Shown piece by piece: positions 1-9,060 of a stretch of DNA of 64,000 bases; positions within the stretch are counted from its first letter, which is position 1, and every line of letters starts with the position of its first letter. This DNA comes from Vulcanimicrobiota bacterium (GTDB lineage Bacteria > Vulcanimicrobiota > Vulcanimicrobiia > Vulcanimicrobiales > Vulcanimicrobiaceae). Under the pieces are notes generated by a model, which searched no databases, was not told where the DNA came from, and saw only the letters and a program-made list of their open reading frames with translations. The position numbers and the translations under genes were made by a program. The DNA lies in the NCBI GenBank assembly GCA_027307235.1, contig DAHUXH010000001.1:13609-77608 (forward strand). Direction: 5' to 3'.

Positions 1-392
1 AGGTCGCGCGCGATCGCCATGCCGAGCGCCGCCGAGACGCTGGTGCTCGCGTGACCCGCACCGAATGCGTCATATTCCGACTCGCTGCGCATGGCAAAAC
101 CCGAGAGACCGCCGCCCTGGCGGATGGTGTGAAAGCGATCACGCCGCCCGGTCAGAATCTTGTGAACGTAGACCTGATGGCTCACGTCCCAGACGATCTT
201 GTCCTTGGGGAGGTCGAGCACGCGATGGAGCGCCAGCGTCAATTCGACGACGCCAAGATTGGGTGCGAGATGGCCGCCGTTGCGCGAGCACACGTCGATG
301 AGCAGATCGCGGATCTCGCGCGCGAGCACGTCAAGTTCCGTCCGGGTCAGTGCTTTGACGTCGCGCGGGGAGCCGATTCGTTCGATGACCAT
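1..392 (-). CDS. dxs: 1-deoxy-D-xylulose-5-phosphate synthase, N-terminal fragment (continues beyond window start)
   Basis: Not in the ORF track because no stop lies in the window. Minus-strand translation from ATG at 392 gives [123 protein letters not shown]. This is the conserved DXS N-terminus (GGHL, DVxHQxYxHKxLTGR, GHxSTS). Confidence 0.9.
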   Translation of the reverse strand, partial: MVIERIGSPRDVKALTRTELDVLAREIRDLLIDVCSRNGGHLAPNLGVVELTLALHRVLDLPKDKIVWDVSHQVYVHKILTGRRDRFHTIRQGGGLSGFAMRSESEYDAFGAGHASTSVSAALGMAIARD

Positions 393-512
393 GAAGCGGG
401 GACGCTTCGCGCTCCGGACCTCCCCATCCCCGCAGCGGCGCCTGCCCCTCGCTCGGCGCGGTCCGGCCGGTCTCCGACAGGGAGCGGCGGCGGTTGAGCC
501 AAAGCCGCCCTC

Positions 513-1157
513 GTGTCCGAGCAGCAGCAGCGGTCGGCCGCGGTCGTCCCCATCCAGCAGCGGCGGGTCTGGCGCGATCTCGCGAAGATTCTCTCGACGG
601 TATTCAACCCGTTCCTGACGGCGCTTGCCCTTTTCATCATCCTCGCGCTCACACGTGCCGCCGACACCTTCGATTTCTGGCGCCTCATCTTGCTCTCGAC
701 GTTCTTCACCTCGATCGGGCCGATGGTCTATGTCTTCTGGCTCTACGCCAGCGACCGGATCAGCGATCTCGACATGTCGGTGCGGCACGAGCGCGAGGCG
801 GTGTTTCACGTCTTCGTCGTCTTCTATCTCGCGGGAACGATCGTACTCTGGCTCATGCACGTGCCGATGCTGCTGGTCGCGGCAATGGCCGGGTACACGC
901 TCTCGACCATCGTCGTGCAATACATCACTCGCTACTGGAAGATCAGCACGCATGCGCTCGGCATCACGGCGCCGCTCGTGATTTTGCTCATGCTCTACGG
1001 GCGCGCGCCGTTGCCGTTCTTGATCCTGATCCCGATGGTGTGCTGGGCACGGGTGTATCTGCGCGCGCACACGTGGGCGCAGGTCGCGGCGGGTGCGGGG
1101 CTGGCGGTGTTTTCCACCGTGCTCTTCTTCCGTCTTTTCCATGTCGGCGCACTGTAG
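513..1157 (+). CDS. PAP2-superfamily-like integral membrane protein
   Basis: 214 aa with about 6 hydrophobic helices. The C-terminal half has KISTHALG and [12 protein letters not shown], which resemble the PSGH and SRxxxxxHxxxD motifs of PAP2 phosphatases. The last Asp is replaced by Gln. Confidence 0.5.
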   Translation: MSEQQQRSAAVVPIQQRRVWRDLAKILSTVFNPFLTALALFIILALTRAADTFDFWRLILLSTFFTSIGPMVYVFWLYASDRISDLDMSVRHEREAVFHVFVVFYLAGTIVLWLMHVPMLLVAAMAGYTLSTIVVQYITRYWKISTHALGITAPLVILLMLYGRAPLPFLILIPMVCWARVYLRAHTWAQVAAGAGLAVFSTVLFFRLFHVGAL

Positions 1158-3812
1158 ATGAGTTCGACGCTGCAGCCGGCCGCTGCGACGTACGACCGCT
1201 TCAGCGCCAGTCTGTCCGCGGCCGTCCAGGCGGTGCGTCAGGCGTCCGAGTCGATCGCCGCGACCGCGCAAGAACAGACAACGTTGATGGTCGCGCTCTC
1301 CGAGACTGCGGGCATCCTCGCCAAGCAGTCGCGTGAGACATCCGAGCGTCTGGTGAGCGCGCAGTCGCATGCGCGAGCAGCCGAGGAGGATCTCGGCAAT
1401 TCGTTCGGCGTCGTTGAAGCGCTGCTGACCTCGGTGCGGCAGCTCGCCGAACTCTCTGCCGCCACTGCCGCGGCGATGGACGACTTCGGGCGGCTGATGA
1501 GCGAGGTCGAGCGCATGACCGAGTTTGTCGAAGACGTCTCCGACGAAACGCAGTTGCTGGCGCTCAACGCCGCCATCGAAGCGGCGCGCGCCGGAGCGCA
1601 CGGACTCGGTTTCGCGGTCGTCGCGGGCGAAGTCGGACGGCTCGCCAAAACGACGCACGAATCGACGCTGACGATCAAGCGTCTGGTGGTCGACGTGCAA
1701 CGCGAAGCGACCGCGACCATCGCGGCGGTACGCGCCAATGCGCAGCGTTCCGCGGAATCCGCGCCGTTGGCCGACGTCGCACGCGCGTCGCTGGTCGAGA
1801 TCGCGGAACTCGCTTCCGATCTCGCGCAGGCCGTCGAGCGTTCCGTCACCGGAGGGCGCGAGCACAGCGCGATCGCCAACGAGATGCAGCGCGACACCGA
1901 TCTGCTCGCCAATGCCGCCGCCAAGCAAGGACGCGAAGCCCTCGAATCAGCCTTTGCAACGCAGCGCCTCGCGTATTACGGTGCCGAGATCGCGTATATC
2001 TCACGCACGCGCTCGTCGACTGCACACGAGCACACCTCGTTGCGCGTCGCCACGCTGCTGCCGCGCGGCTATCCGCCATCGCGCGCGTGGGAGTTCGTCG
2101 CGGAGCGCATCGCCGAGCGCACCGGCGGCCGCCTGCGCCTCGAACTCGAGATTCCATTCACCGGCGGAAATGAATTCGAAGCGCTGCTGCGCGTGCGTTC
2201 CGGTGAACTGGACATGGTGAGCGTCACCACGTTTGTCGCGGGCGCACTGCTGCCGGCTGCGCAACTCTTCGATCTTCCGTTCGTTTTCGACGACGTCCAC
2301 CGCGCGCACGCGCTGCTCGACGGTCCGCTCGGCCGTCATGTGCTCGATTCGTTCGGTTCCTTCGGATTGACGGGGATGGCGTATTTCGAGAACGGCATGC
2401 GTCATTTCACCAACTCGCTGCATCCGATTCGCCATCCCTCGGATTGCCGCAAGATGCGTATTCGCATTCAGGACTCCGTTGTCTATCTCGCGCTCATGCA
2501 CGCACTCGGTGCCACGCCCAAAGTGATCCCCTTCCCGGAGTTGCGGACGGCGCTGGCCAACGGCGAGATCGACGCGCAGGAGAACCCGCTGGAAAACATC
2601 CATGGCGCGCGCCTTCACGAAACGCAGAAACACCTGACGCTGACGTCGCACGCGTACAACACGCAGATCGTCTTGGCGAACGTCGATCGGCTTCGCCGGT
2701 TGAGCGACGAGGACCGCGCCGTCGTCCGCGAGGTCTTCGCCGAGGCGACGGTCATCCACCGCCGCATCGCGGCTCAAGCGGAACTCGAAGCGCTGACGGC
2801 GCTGCGCAAGCATCTCGACGTGATCGAACTCACCGCCGGCGAACGTGAGGAGTTCGTCAAAGCATCGCGCTTCGTGTGGGAACGCATGGAGCCGCTCTTT
2901 CCGGTCGATCTCTACCTGCTGCTGATGCAGCGCAACCTGGACGCCTGGACGCCGAGCGCTGCGTCGTCGCACGGCCCGTCGCGCTCGTTCACCGTTGACG
3001 ACGTGGTCAACGCCATCGACGGATCGGTCCAAGCGATGCACGCGACCGGGTCGCACGTCGCCGGAAACGCCCGCGTTCAAGCGGACAGCCTGCGCATGCT
3101 CGGAAGACAATCGGCCAAGCTCAACGAGTCCAACGCGCGTCTCGCCGCCCAGTTCGCGGCACTGCGCGCGCGCTTCGACACGGTGGCGCCGCACGTCGCC
3201 ACCATGCGCAGCACCGTCGATGAGCTCATCGCGACCATCGAGGTGCTCTCGTCGATGGCCCTGCAAAGCCGCATCGCGCTCGAGCAGTTCGCTGCCTCGA
3301 TGAAGCAGATCGTCGACATCATCGCGCTGGTTCGCACCGTCTCCGACAAGACGAATCTGCTCGCGCTCAACGCCGCGATCGAGGCCGCGCGCGCCGGTGA
3401 TCACGGCAAAGGCTTCAACGTGGTCGCCGGCGAGGTGCGCAGTCTCGCCGACAAGACGAAATCGTCGACACAAGAGATTCGTAAGGTTCTCGTCGATCTC
3501 GAAGCGCGCGGAAAAGAGGCGGCCGTGGCGATCGAGTCGGGCGTCGCGCAATCCGAACACAGCTCGAAACAGGCGCGGGCCGCGCAGGATGCCTTCAAAC
3601 GCATCGAGTCGTTCGCGCAGTCGGCGCTTGCGATGCTTCTGGATGCCGAGAACGCGGCGCGCGACGAGGCCTCACGCTCGCATGCGATGTCCGGAGATTA
3701 CTCGCAGATGGCCGAACTCGTCGACGACTATGCCGGCGCCAGCAGCGACGCCTTGAACGTTGCCGCCGAACTCGAGCGCCAGCGCAAATCACTGTTTGCC
3801 ATGAGCGCATAG
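1158..3812 (+). CDS. Soluble methyl-accepting chemotaxis-like protein: MCP signalling domain - DctP/TRAP solute-binding-like domain - second MCP signalling domain
   Basis: 884 aa. There are two signalling-tip motifs: [34 protein letters not shown] (about aa 130-163) and [34 protein letters not shown] (about aa 730-765). A DctP-like segment lies between them (about aa 292-580: [46 protein letters not shown]). I see no hydrophobic TM segment or signal peptide. Confidence 0.8.
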   Translation: MSSTLQPAAATYDRFSASLSAAVQAVRQASESIAATAQEQTTLMVALSETAGILAKQSRETSERLVSAQSHARAAEEDLGNSFGVVEALLTSVRQLAELSAATAAAMDDFGRLMSEVERMTEFVEDVSDETQLLALNAAIEAARAGAHGLGFAVVAGEVGRLAKTTHESTLTIKRLVVDVQREATATIAAVRANAQRSAESAPLADVARASLVEIAELASDLAQAVERSVTGGREHSAIANEMQRDTDLLANAAAKQGREALESAFATQRLAYYGAEIAYISRTRSSTAHEHTSLRVATLLPRGYPPSRAWEFVAERIAERTGGRLRLELEIPFTGGNEFEALLRVRSGELDMVSVTTFVAGALLPAAQLFDLPFVFDDVHRAHALLDGPLGRHVLDSFGSFGLTGMAYFENGMRHFTNSLHPIRHPSDCRKMRIRIQDSVVYLALMHALGATPKVIPFPELRTALANGEIDAQENPLENIHGARLHETQKHLTLTSHAYNTQIVLANVDRLRRLSDEDRAVVREVFAEATVIHRRIAAQAELEALTALRKHLDVIELTAGEREEFVKASRFVWERMEPLFPVDLYLLLMQRNLDAWTPSAASSHGPSRSFTVDDVVNAIDGSVQAMHATGSHVAGNARVQADSLRMLGRQSAKLNESNARLAAQFAALRARFDTVAPHVATMRSTVDELIATIEVLSSMALQSRIALEQFAASMKQIVDIIALVRTVSDKTNLLALNAAIEAARAGDHGKGFNVVAGEVRSLADKTKSSTQEIRKVLVDLEARGKEAAVAIESGVAQSEHSSKQARAAQDAFKRIESFAQSALAMLLDAENAARDEASRSHAMSGDYSQMAELVDDYAGASSDALNVAAELERQRKSLFAMSA

Positions 3813-3821
3813 GAACGCAGC

Positions 3822-4865
3822 ATGACCTTCGACACGACGACCCGTTTGACGCACCTCGCCGAATGCGCCGGTTGCGCGGCAAAGTTCGACCAGCGCTCGC
3901 TCGCGGCGGTGCTGGCGGGTCTTCCGAGCTTCGCCGATCCGAACGTGCTGGTCGGCAATGCGAGCGCCGACGACGCCGCGATCTACCGCATCTCCGACGA
4001 CGTTGCGCTGGTGCTCACCGTCGATTTCTTTCCGCCGATCGTCGACGATCCGCGCACCTTCGGGCGCATCGCCGCGACCAATGCACTCTCCGACATCTAT
4101 GCGATGGGCGCGACGCCGCTCGCGGCGCTCGCGATCACCGCGTTCCCGGATGAGAACGTCGATCCGGCGGTGCTCCACGCGATTCTTGCCGGCGGGATCG
4201 AAGCGGCGTCGCAGGCCGGGATCGCCATCGTCGGCGGACACACCGTCAAAGACAGCGAGCCGAAATACGGCCTCTCGGTTGTCGGGCGCGTGCATCCCGA
4301 ACGCCACGTGCGCAACGACTCCGGCCGCGCGGGTGACGTCCTGGTGCTCACCAAGCCGCTCGGCACCGGCATTCTCACCACCGCGCGGCGCCGCGATCTC
4401 ATCGACGACGCCGCGCTCGAACCGGCGATCGAGGCGATGACGACGCTCAACCGCGGTGCGTCGGAGGCGATGCTCGCAGCGGGCGCATCAGCCGCAACCG
4501 ACGTCACCGGATTCGGATTGCTCGGACACCTGCACGAGATGTGCGCGGCGCGCCTGGGCGCGCGCATCGACAGCAGCGCCGTTCCGTTGCTCGCGCGTGC
4601 GCTCGACCTCGCCCGCTCCGGTGCCGTACCGGGCGGAACGCGCACGAATTACGAGACCGCGCGCAGCCGCGGTGTCAGCTTCGATGCCGGTGTCGAAGAC
4701 GCGCTGCGGCTGCTCCTGTGCGACGCGCAGACGTCGGGCGGCCTCCTGATCGCGATACCGCCCGATCGCGCCGATCATCTCACGCGCGAACTGAACGCGC
4801 GCACCATCCCGCACGCCCGCATCGGCACCCTCACCGAATCACCTGGAATTCAGATACTCGCCTAA
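3822..4865 (+). CDS. selD: Selenide, water dikinase (selenophosphate synthetase), Cys-type
   Basis: 347 aa. The N-terminal loop LTHLAECAGCAAKF aligns to the SelD GAGCGCK loop and has Cys rather than Sec. AIR-synthase-like motifs are present: DDAAIY, VLTVDFF, ATNALSDIYAMGA, GGHTV. Confidence 0.85.
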   Translation: MTFDTTTRLTHLAECAGCAAKFDQRSLAAVLAGLPSFADPNVLVGNASADDAAIYRISDDVALVLTVDFFPPIVDDPRTFGRIAATNALSDIYAMGATPLAALAITAFPDENVDPAVLHAILAGGIEAASQAGIAIVGGHTVKDSEPKYGLSVVGRVHPERHVRNDSGRAGDVLVLTKPLGTGILTTARRRDLIDDAALEPAIEAMTTLNRGASEAMLAAGASAATDVTGFGLLGHLHEMCAARLGARIDSSAVPLLARALDLARSGAVPGGTRTNYETARSRGVSFDAGVEDALRLLLCDAQTSGGLLIAIPPDRADHLTRELNARTIPHARIGTLTESPGIQILA

Positions 4866-5630
4866 ATCTAAGCGTTCGCACTCTGGGGATGCCTCGCCGG
4901 TGAGATCGATGATGTTGGTGCGGAATGCGTTCACGTCGCCGGTGGTCACGTAACGCGTCCTCCCCGAACCCGGTTGCAGACGGCGCGCCTGCGCAAGTGC
5001 CGCCGTGCGGCCGGCTTGTTCGAGAGCCGGGTCGATGCGCGCGACATGCTCACCGAGCACGTCGGCGAAGTAGGTGTCGAGCAACGGAAAATGCGTGCAA
5101 GCAAGCACAACCGCGTCGAGGTCGCGCGGAAGACCTTCGCATGCGGCTGCGACGGCGCGCGCGGCTTCGCCGCTCACGGCTTTACCGGCTTCGACTAATG
5201 GCACCAGCGCCGGCGCCGCGATTTCAACGACGTGCGCACCCGGCACGCGCGCACGAATGGTTCGCCCGTATGCGCCGGTCGCGGCGGTCGCCGTGGTTGC
5301 GATCACGCCGATGCGGCGGTATCCAGCGTCGCCAACCGCGATCGCCGCCGATTCGATGAGATTGAGAATATTGGCGCGCACGACCGGCCATCCGCTGACG
5401 TCCGCGACCGCGCACGAGGTGTTGCACGCCATGACGACGGCATCGACGCCTTGCGCGTCGAGCCATGACACGTTATTGCTCAGTAAACGCGCCAGCTCGC
5501 CGGACGTGCGGTCGCCGTACGGCACGTGCGCTTGATCGGCGAGAAAAAGCACGTCATGCTGCGGCAGAAGCTGCCGCACGCGACGAACGACGGTGAGCCC
5601 GCCAAGTCCTGAATCGAAGAGCCCGAGCAT
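4839..5630 (-). CDS. murI: Glutamate racemase
   Basis: 263 aa. MLGLFDSGLGGLTVV N-terminus, with MACNTS and LACTHFPLL motifs carrying the two catalytic Cys. Confidence 0.9.
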   Translation of the reverse strand: MLGLFDSGLGGLTVVRRVRQLLPQHDVLFLADQAHVPYGDRTSGELARLLSNNVSWLDAQGVDAVVMACNTSCAVADVSGWPVVRANILNLIESAAIAVGDAGYRRIGVIATTATAATGAYGRTIRARVPGAHVVEIAAPALVPLVEAGKAVSGEAARAVAAACEGLPRDLDAVVLACTHFPLLDTYFADVLGEHVARIDPALEQAGRTAALAQARRLQPGSGRTRYVTTGDVNAFRTNIIDLTGEASPECERLDLGEYLNSR

Positions 5631-5635
5631 GCCGC

Positions 5636-7522
5636 TTACTGGTTTGGCGCGGGGGGCGGCGCGCCTGCGTAGTCGCCGATGCCGTCAGCGATCGCTTGCG
5701 CCACGTGCTGTCGCCACTGCGGCGAGTTGAGTTTCGCGAAATCGTCGGGATTCGAAAGAAACGCGGTCTCGACCAGCGCCGCCGGCATCAGCGCGTGCAG
5801 CACGATATAGAATTTGCTTTTCACGACGCCATCGTCTTTGGTCGCGAGCCCTGCCGCCAAGCGCTGCCGGATCGCATCGGCGAGCGCGACGTCGCTCGGC
5901 TTGGCGTAGTACGTGGTCGTTCCGTTCGGTCCGGCGTTGATGAAGCTGTTCACGTGCACGCTGACCAGCAGCCGCGCACCGGCGTTGTTTGCAATGTCGT
6001 CGCGCGCCTGCAGCTCTTGACGCGCCGTGTCGTTGGGGGCGTAGACGTCGCTATCGTCGGTGTGCGTCATCGTGACTTCCCAACCGCGAGCCACCAGAAT
6101 CGCTTGGAGGCGGTTGGCCATGTCGAGCGCGAGAGCAGCCTCGCTGACACCGTTGCGAATGGCGCCGCGATCGCTGCCGCCGTGACCCGGGTCGATGACG
6201 ATCAAGCGCGGATTGGCCGGGACGTACGCCTGCGGACCGAACTTCCAGTTCGACGTATCGAGCGGATTGGGCGTCGCCTCGGCAACGACGGGAATCGCGC
6301 CTCCGATCGATCCCGTGCCGATGCGCGCTGCGTCGGCGGGCGCATCGACGGTCGCGACGTCGAGTTCGATGCCGGTCGCCGTCGGCAAAACATTCACCAG
6401 CTTCTCGCCGGTGAGCGACAGGGCGACACGCACGGTCGTCGGATCGAGTTGCCGAATGCGCACGGTCTGCACCGGATCGCCGAGCGCATCGTCGCGCGGC
6501 GGCATGGAGAGCTGCGCACCATGCAGATCGATCCAGAACCGGTTGTCCGGATCGCGCAGGCGATGCCATTCGAACGAAGCGCCGCCGCTCACGGTCACCG
6601 CGATGCGCACACCGGCGGGATCTGATTGCGCGGCGACGGCCGACACTAGTGCGATCGCCGCGGGCGATGCAGATGCTTGCAGCGCCGGCGTCGCCGACGC
6701 GAGCGGCTGCGGCGACGGCGACGGCGTCGTCACCGCCACGGTCGTCGCCGGCCCTCCTCCGAGCGGCATCGGTCCGGAGAGCCCGATCTTGAAATCGCGC
6801 CCGTCGTCGGTGTCGGCGACGCCGTGCGCCGCGCCCGGCGTCAATTGCAGTGAGATCAGCGTCGTCGGCGCGCGCGGCACGCCGGCAACGGAGACAACCA
6901 GCGACGACACGCCCGCGGCCTGCACCGGCTTGGTTCCGGCGAGCGTGCTGCCGACGCCGTCAAATGCCAGCGTGAGTTGACGTGCGTCGTCGGCGACGAC
7001 CCGCGCGTGCAGCGCGATCGCGGCGCGCGCGACCAGCGTCGTGCGCCCGCCCGAACTGCTCAGGTCAAGATCGGTGAGCTGCGGTTGCAGCAGACGTGTC
7101 CCGCCGTCGTTGACGATCGCGAGGTCGAGGGCGCCGAGCAATTCTTGCAACGGCACATAGGGAACCGCGTCTTGTTCAAACGGCGCGAACGATGCGGTGA
7201 GCGCCTTGGTCCCGACGTCGTAGCGTGTTTCGCCGACCGTAAAACTGATGATGACCGGCTGCGCGGTCGCGATCAGAACGGAACGATCGCCGGGTTTCCA
7301 GGTGAGATTCGCGCCGAGCGCACCGAGCAGCGTGCGAAATCCGGGATCGTCGGCGCCGATCGCAACGTTGCCGTTCTTACGAACGACGTGCGTGAAGTCG
7401 ATGCGCGTGGACTCGAAGACGAATGACGTGCCGGAATCGGCCCGCGCCGGTGCGCCGGGCAGAAGCAAACAGAGTGCCGCGAGTGCGGCGCTACCAATCC
7501 GAACGGCGAAGCGGCCCATCAA
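5636..7522 (-). CDS. N-acetylmuramoyl-L-alanine amidase (Amidase_3) with signal peptide, Cu-amine-oxidase-N-like domain and AMIN domain
   Basis: 628 aa. Signal peptide MMGRFAVRIGSAALAALCLLLPGAPARA. The C-terminus has VIDPGHGGSDRGA...LLVSVHVNSF...ALVETAFLSNPDD, typical of Amidase_3. The middle has RFWIDLHGAQL, which is AMIN-like. Confidence 0.85.
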   Translation of the reverse strand: MMGRFAVRIGSAALAALCLLLPGAPARADSGTSFVFESTRIDFTHVVRKNGNVAIGADDPGFRTLLGALGANLTWKPGDRSVLIATAQPVIISFTVGETRYDVGTKALTASFAPFEQDAVPYVPLQELLGALDLAIVNDGGTRLLQPQLTDLDLSSSGGRTTLVARAAIALHARVVADDARQLTLAFDGVGSTLAGTKPVQAAGVSSLVVSVAGVPRAPTTLISLQLTPGAAHGVADTDDGRDFKIGLSGPMPLGGGPATTVAVTTPSPSPQPLASATPALQASASPAAIALVSAVAAQSDPAGVRIAVTVSGGASFEWHRLRDPDNRFWIDLHGAQLSMPPRDDALGDPVQTVRIRQLDPTTVRVALSLTGEKLVNVLPTATGIELDVATVDAPADAARIGTGSIGGAIPVVAEATPNPLDTSNWKFGPQAYVPANPRLIVIDPGHGGSDRGAIRNGVSEAALALDMANRLQAILVARGWEVTMTHTDDSDVYAPNDTARQELQARDDIANNAGARLLVSVHVNSFINAGPNGTTTYYAKPSDVALADAIRQRLAAGLATKDDGVVKSKFYIVLHALMPAALVETAFLSNPDDFAKLNSPQWRQHVAQAIADGIGDYAGAPPPAPNQ

Positions 7523-8057
7523 GTGCGAGATGACCTCCCGGAAGCGTTTCGAGCGTGCGTCCTACGACTTTCACTTGCACGGCGTCGATGCCGCCGATCG
7601 ACGTAAGCGAGTACACCAGCGCCTTGAACTCACCGTTTTCGCCGAAGCTCCCGCCGGTCTGTTGTTCGACCTCGCGCGAAAGATCGACCGTCGCAGTCGT
7701 CGCAGTTACATCGACGGCAAGCACGTGCGTCCCCGGCGGAAATCGGATCGCTTGCACGTCGCTCGCGGGTCCCGCGACCGCCTGCACCGCGGCATATTTC
7801 ACGGTTTCACGCACATACGACGCATCGGACTCACCGGCTGCGCGCGGCCGCATCGACACCGGCCACGGCACCTCGGTCGTTCCGTCGAGCTTCGTGTAGT
7901 AGACCGTCAGCGACCCAGTAGCGGGCGTTGAACGGCGCGTCGAGAGCACCCACCACGACAGCGCGGAGGCCACGATCAGGAGTGCAACCAGCACCAGCAC
8001 GCGCTGCGAACGGCGCGGGGTCCGTGGTGTCATGCGTCGCGGTCGTTGCGCGGCCAT
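7491..8057 (-). CDS. GerM-domain protein (membrane anchored)
   Basis: 188 aa. N-terminal TM anchor, then LTVYYTKLDG...ETVKYAAVQAVAGP...FKALVYSLTSIGGIDAVQVKVVG, typical of the GerM/germane domain. It sits next to an amidase, as often seen. Confidence 0.7.
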   Translation of the reverse strand: MAAQRPRRMTPRTPRRSQRVLVLVALLIVASALSWWVLSTRRSTPATGSLTVYYTKLDGTTEVPWPVSMRPRAAGESDASYVRETVKYAAVQAVAGPASDVQAIRFPPGTHVLAVDVTATTATVDLSREVEQQTGGSFGENGEFKALVYSLTSIGGIDAVQVKVVGRTLETLPGGHLALDGPLRRSDW

Positions 8058-8062
8058 CGGTG

Positions 8063-8449
8063 TCAGTGAAACGCCGAGATGCGGCCGAACATCACGAGGC
8101 CGATGTAGCCGGTTCCGAGCAAGACCAGCAAGCCGAGCGCTGAGAGCGCGACGGGGATCGCCGCCGAGACACCCGTGCGTTCACCGAGCCGCCGGCCCGC
8201 CACGTAGGCGGCGGTCGCCACCAGCGCGCCAACGATGTGCAATGAAATCAGTGCGGTTTTGCCGGCCAGCGCTGCGCCGACGATGCCCGCGTAGACGACG
8301 CCGATCAGCACCTGCACGCCGATCAGCGCGACCATGACCCGCCGCCCGAGTTGCACCCACCCGAGCACGAGCGCGCACAATATCACGAGAAACGCGAATC
8401 CCCAGTGGATCGCGTCGACAACACTCACGAGATTCATGGATGGGGCCAT
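8063..8449 (-). CDS. Small 4-TM membrane protein, unknown function
   Basis: Only the last 128 codons of ORF 8063..9040 look genuine (MAPSMNLVSVVDAIHWGFAFLVILCALVLG...). They are uniformly hydrophobic helices. The upstream part of that ORF is Arg-rich and antisense to bcp. Confidence 0.6.
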   Translation of the reverse strand: MAPSMNLVSVVDAIHWGFAFLVILCALVLGWVQLGRRVMVALIGVQVLIGVVYAGIVGAALAGKTALISLHIVGALVATAAYVAGRRLGERTGVSAAIPVALSALGLLVLLGTGYIGLVMFGRISAFH

Positions 8450-8497
8450 TCGCTCGCCGGGCGACGGAATCCGCCGCTCGCACGCGAACAAGGACGC

Positions 8498-8965
8498 ATG
8501 CTGTCGATTGGAATGACCGCCCCCGAGGTGACCCTGCGCGACGAAAACGGCGCAGCGATGCCGCTGTCGAGCCTGCGCACGAAAACGCTCGTGCTCTACT
8601 TCTATCCCAAGGACGACACGCCCGGATGCACGATGGAAGCGTGCGCGTTTCGTGATGCGTACGAAGAGTTCACGCAGGCCGGAGCCGAGGTGATCGGCGT
8701 CAGCAGCGACGATCCGTCGTCGCATGGACGCTTCACCGCCAAGCATCGCCTGCCGTTCCGCTTGCTCTCTGATCCCGACGGCAGCGCCCGCAAAGCATTC
8801 GGCGTTCCCAAGACGCTGGGCATTCTCCCCGGCCGTGTGACGTTCGTCATCGATACCGGCGGCGTGATCCGGCACGTCTTCAACTCGCAGTTTCTGGCGA
8901 CCAAACATGTCGCGCAAGCGCTCGCCGTCGTGACGGAGCTGGCCGCAGCCCCCATCGCGACCTGA
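8498..8965 (+). CDS. bcp: Peroxiredoxin, Bcp/PrxQ type
   Basis: Start chosen at ATG 8498 (MLSIGMTAPEVTL...). YFYPKDDTPGCTMEAC is the peroxidatic-Cys motif. About 155 aa is typical for Bcp. Confidence 0.9.
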   Translation: MLSIGMTAPEVTLRDENGAAMPLSSLRTKTLVLYFYPKDDTPGCTMEACAFRDAYEEFTQAGAEVIGVSSDDPSSHGRFTAKHRLPFRLLSDPDGSARKAFGVPKTLGILPGRVTFVIDTGGVIRHVFNSQFLATKHVAQALAVVTELAAAPIAT

Positions 8966-9060
8966 CCCGCTCCTCGACCGGAGAGCGGCCGAAAAACCCG
9001 AGAATTTCTTGCGAAGGGCGCATTCGTCGCCGCTTCGCATTCCGAGGCTACGATGCGCAC

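Noticed and set aside
51-497. 148-aa plus-strand ORF at the window start
   Set aside because: It is exactly antisense to a clear dxs N-terminus (minus strand, ATG 392). Its sequence is low-complexity and Ala/Arg/Gly-rich.
2001-3560. 519-aa minus-strand ORF
   Set aside because: It is antisense to the chemoreceptor gene. It is Arg/Asp/Gly/His-rich with no motif, a typical high-GC shadow ORF.
8450-9040. N-terminal 197 codons of ORF 8063..9040(-)
   Set aside because: They are Arg-rich and antisense to bcp. Only the C-terminal 128-aa hydrophobic protein looks real. Similar N-terminal over-extensions were trimmed for 23960..24913, 25446..26189, 25449..27518 and 40726..42642.
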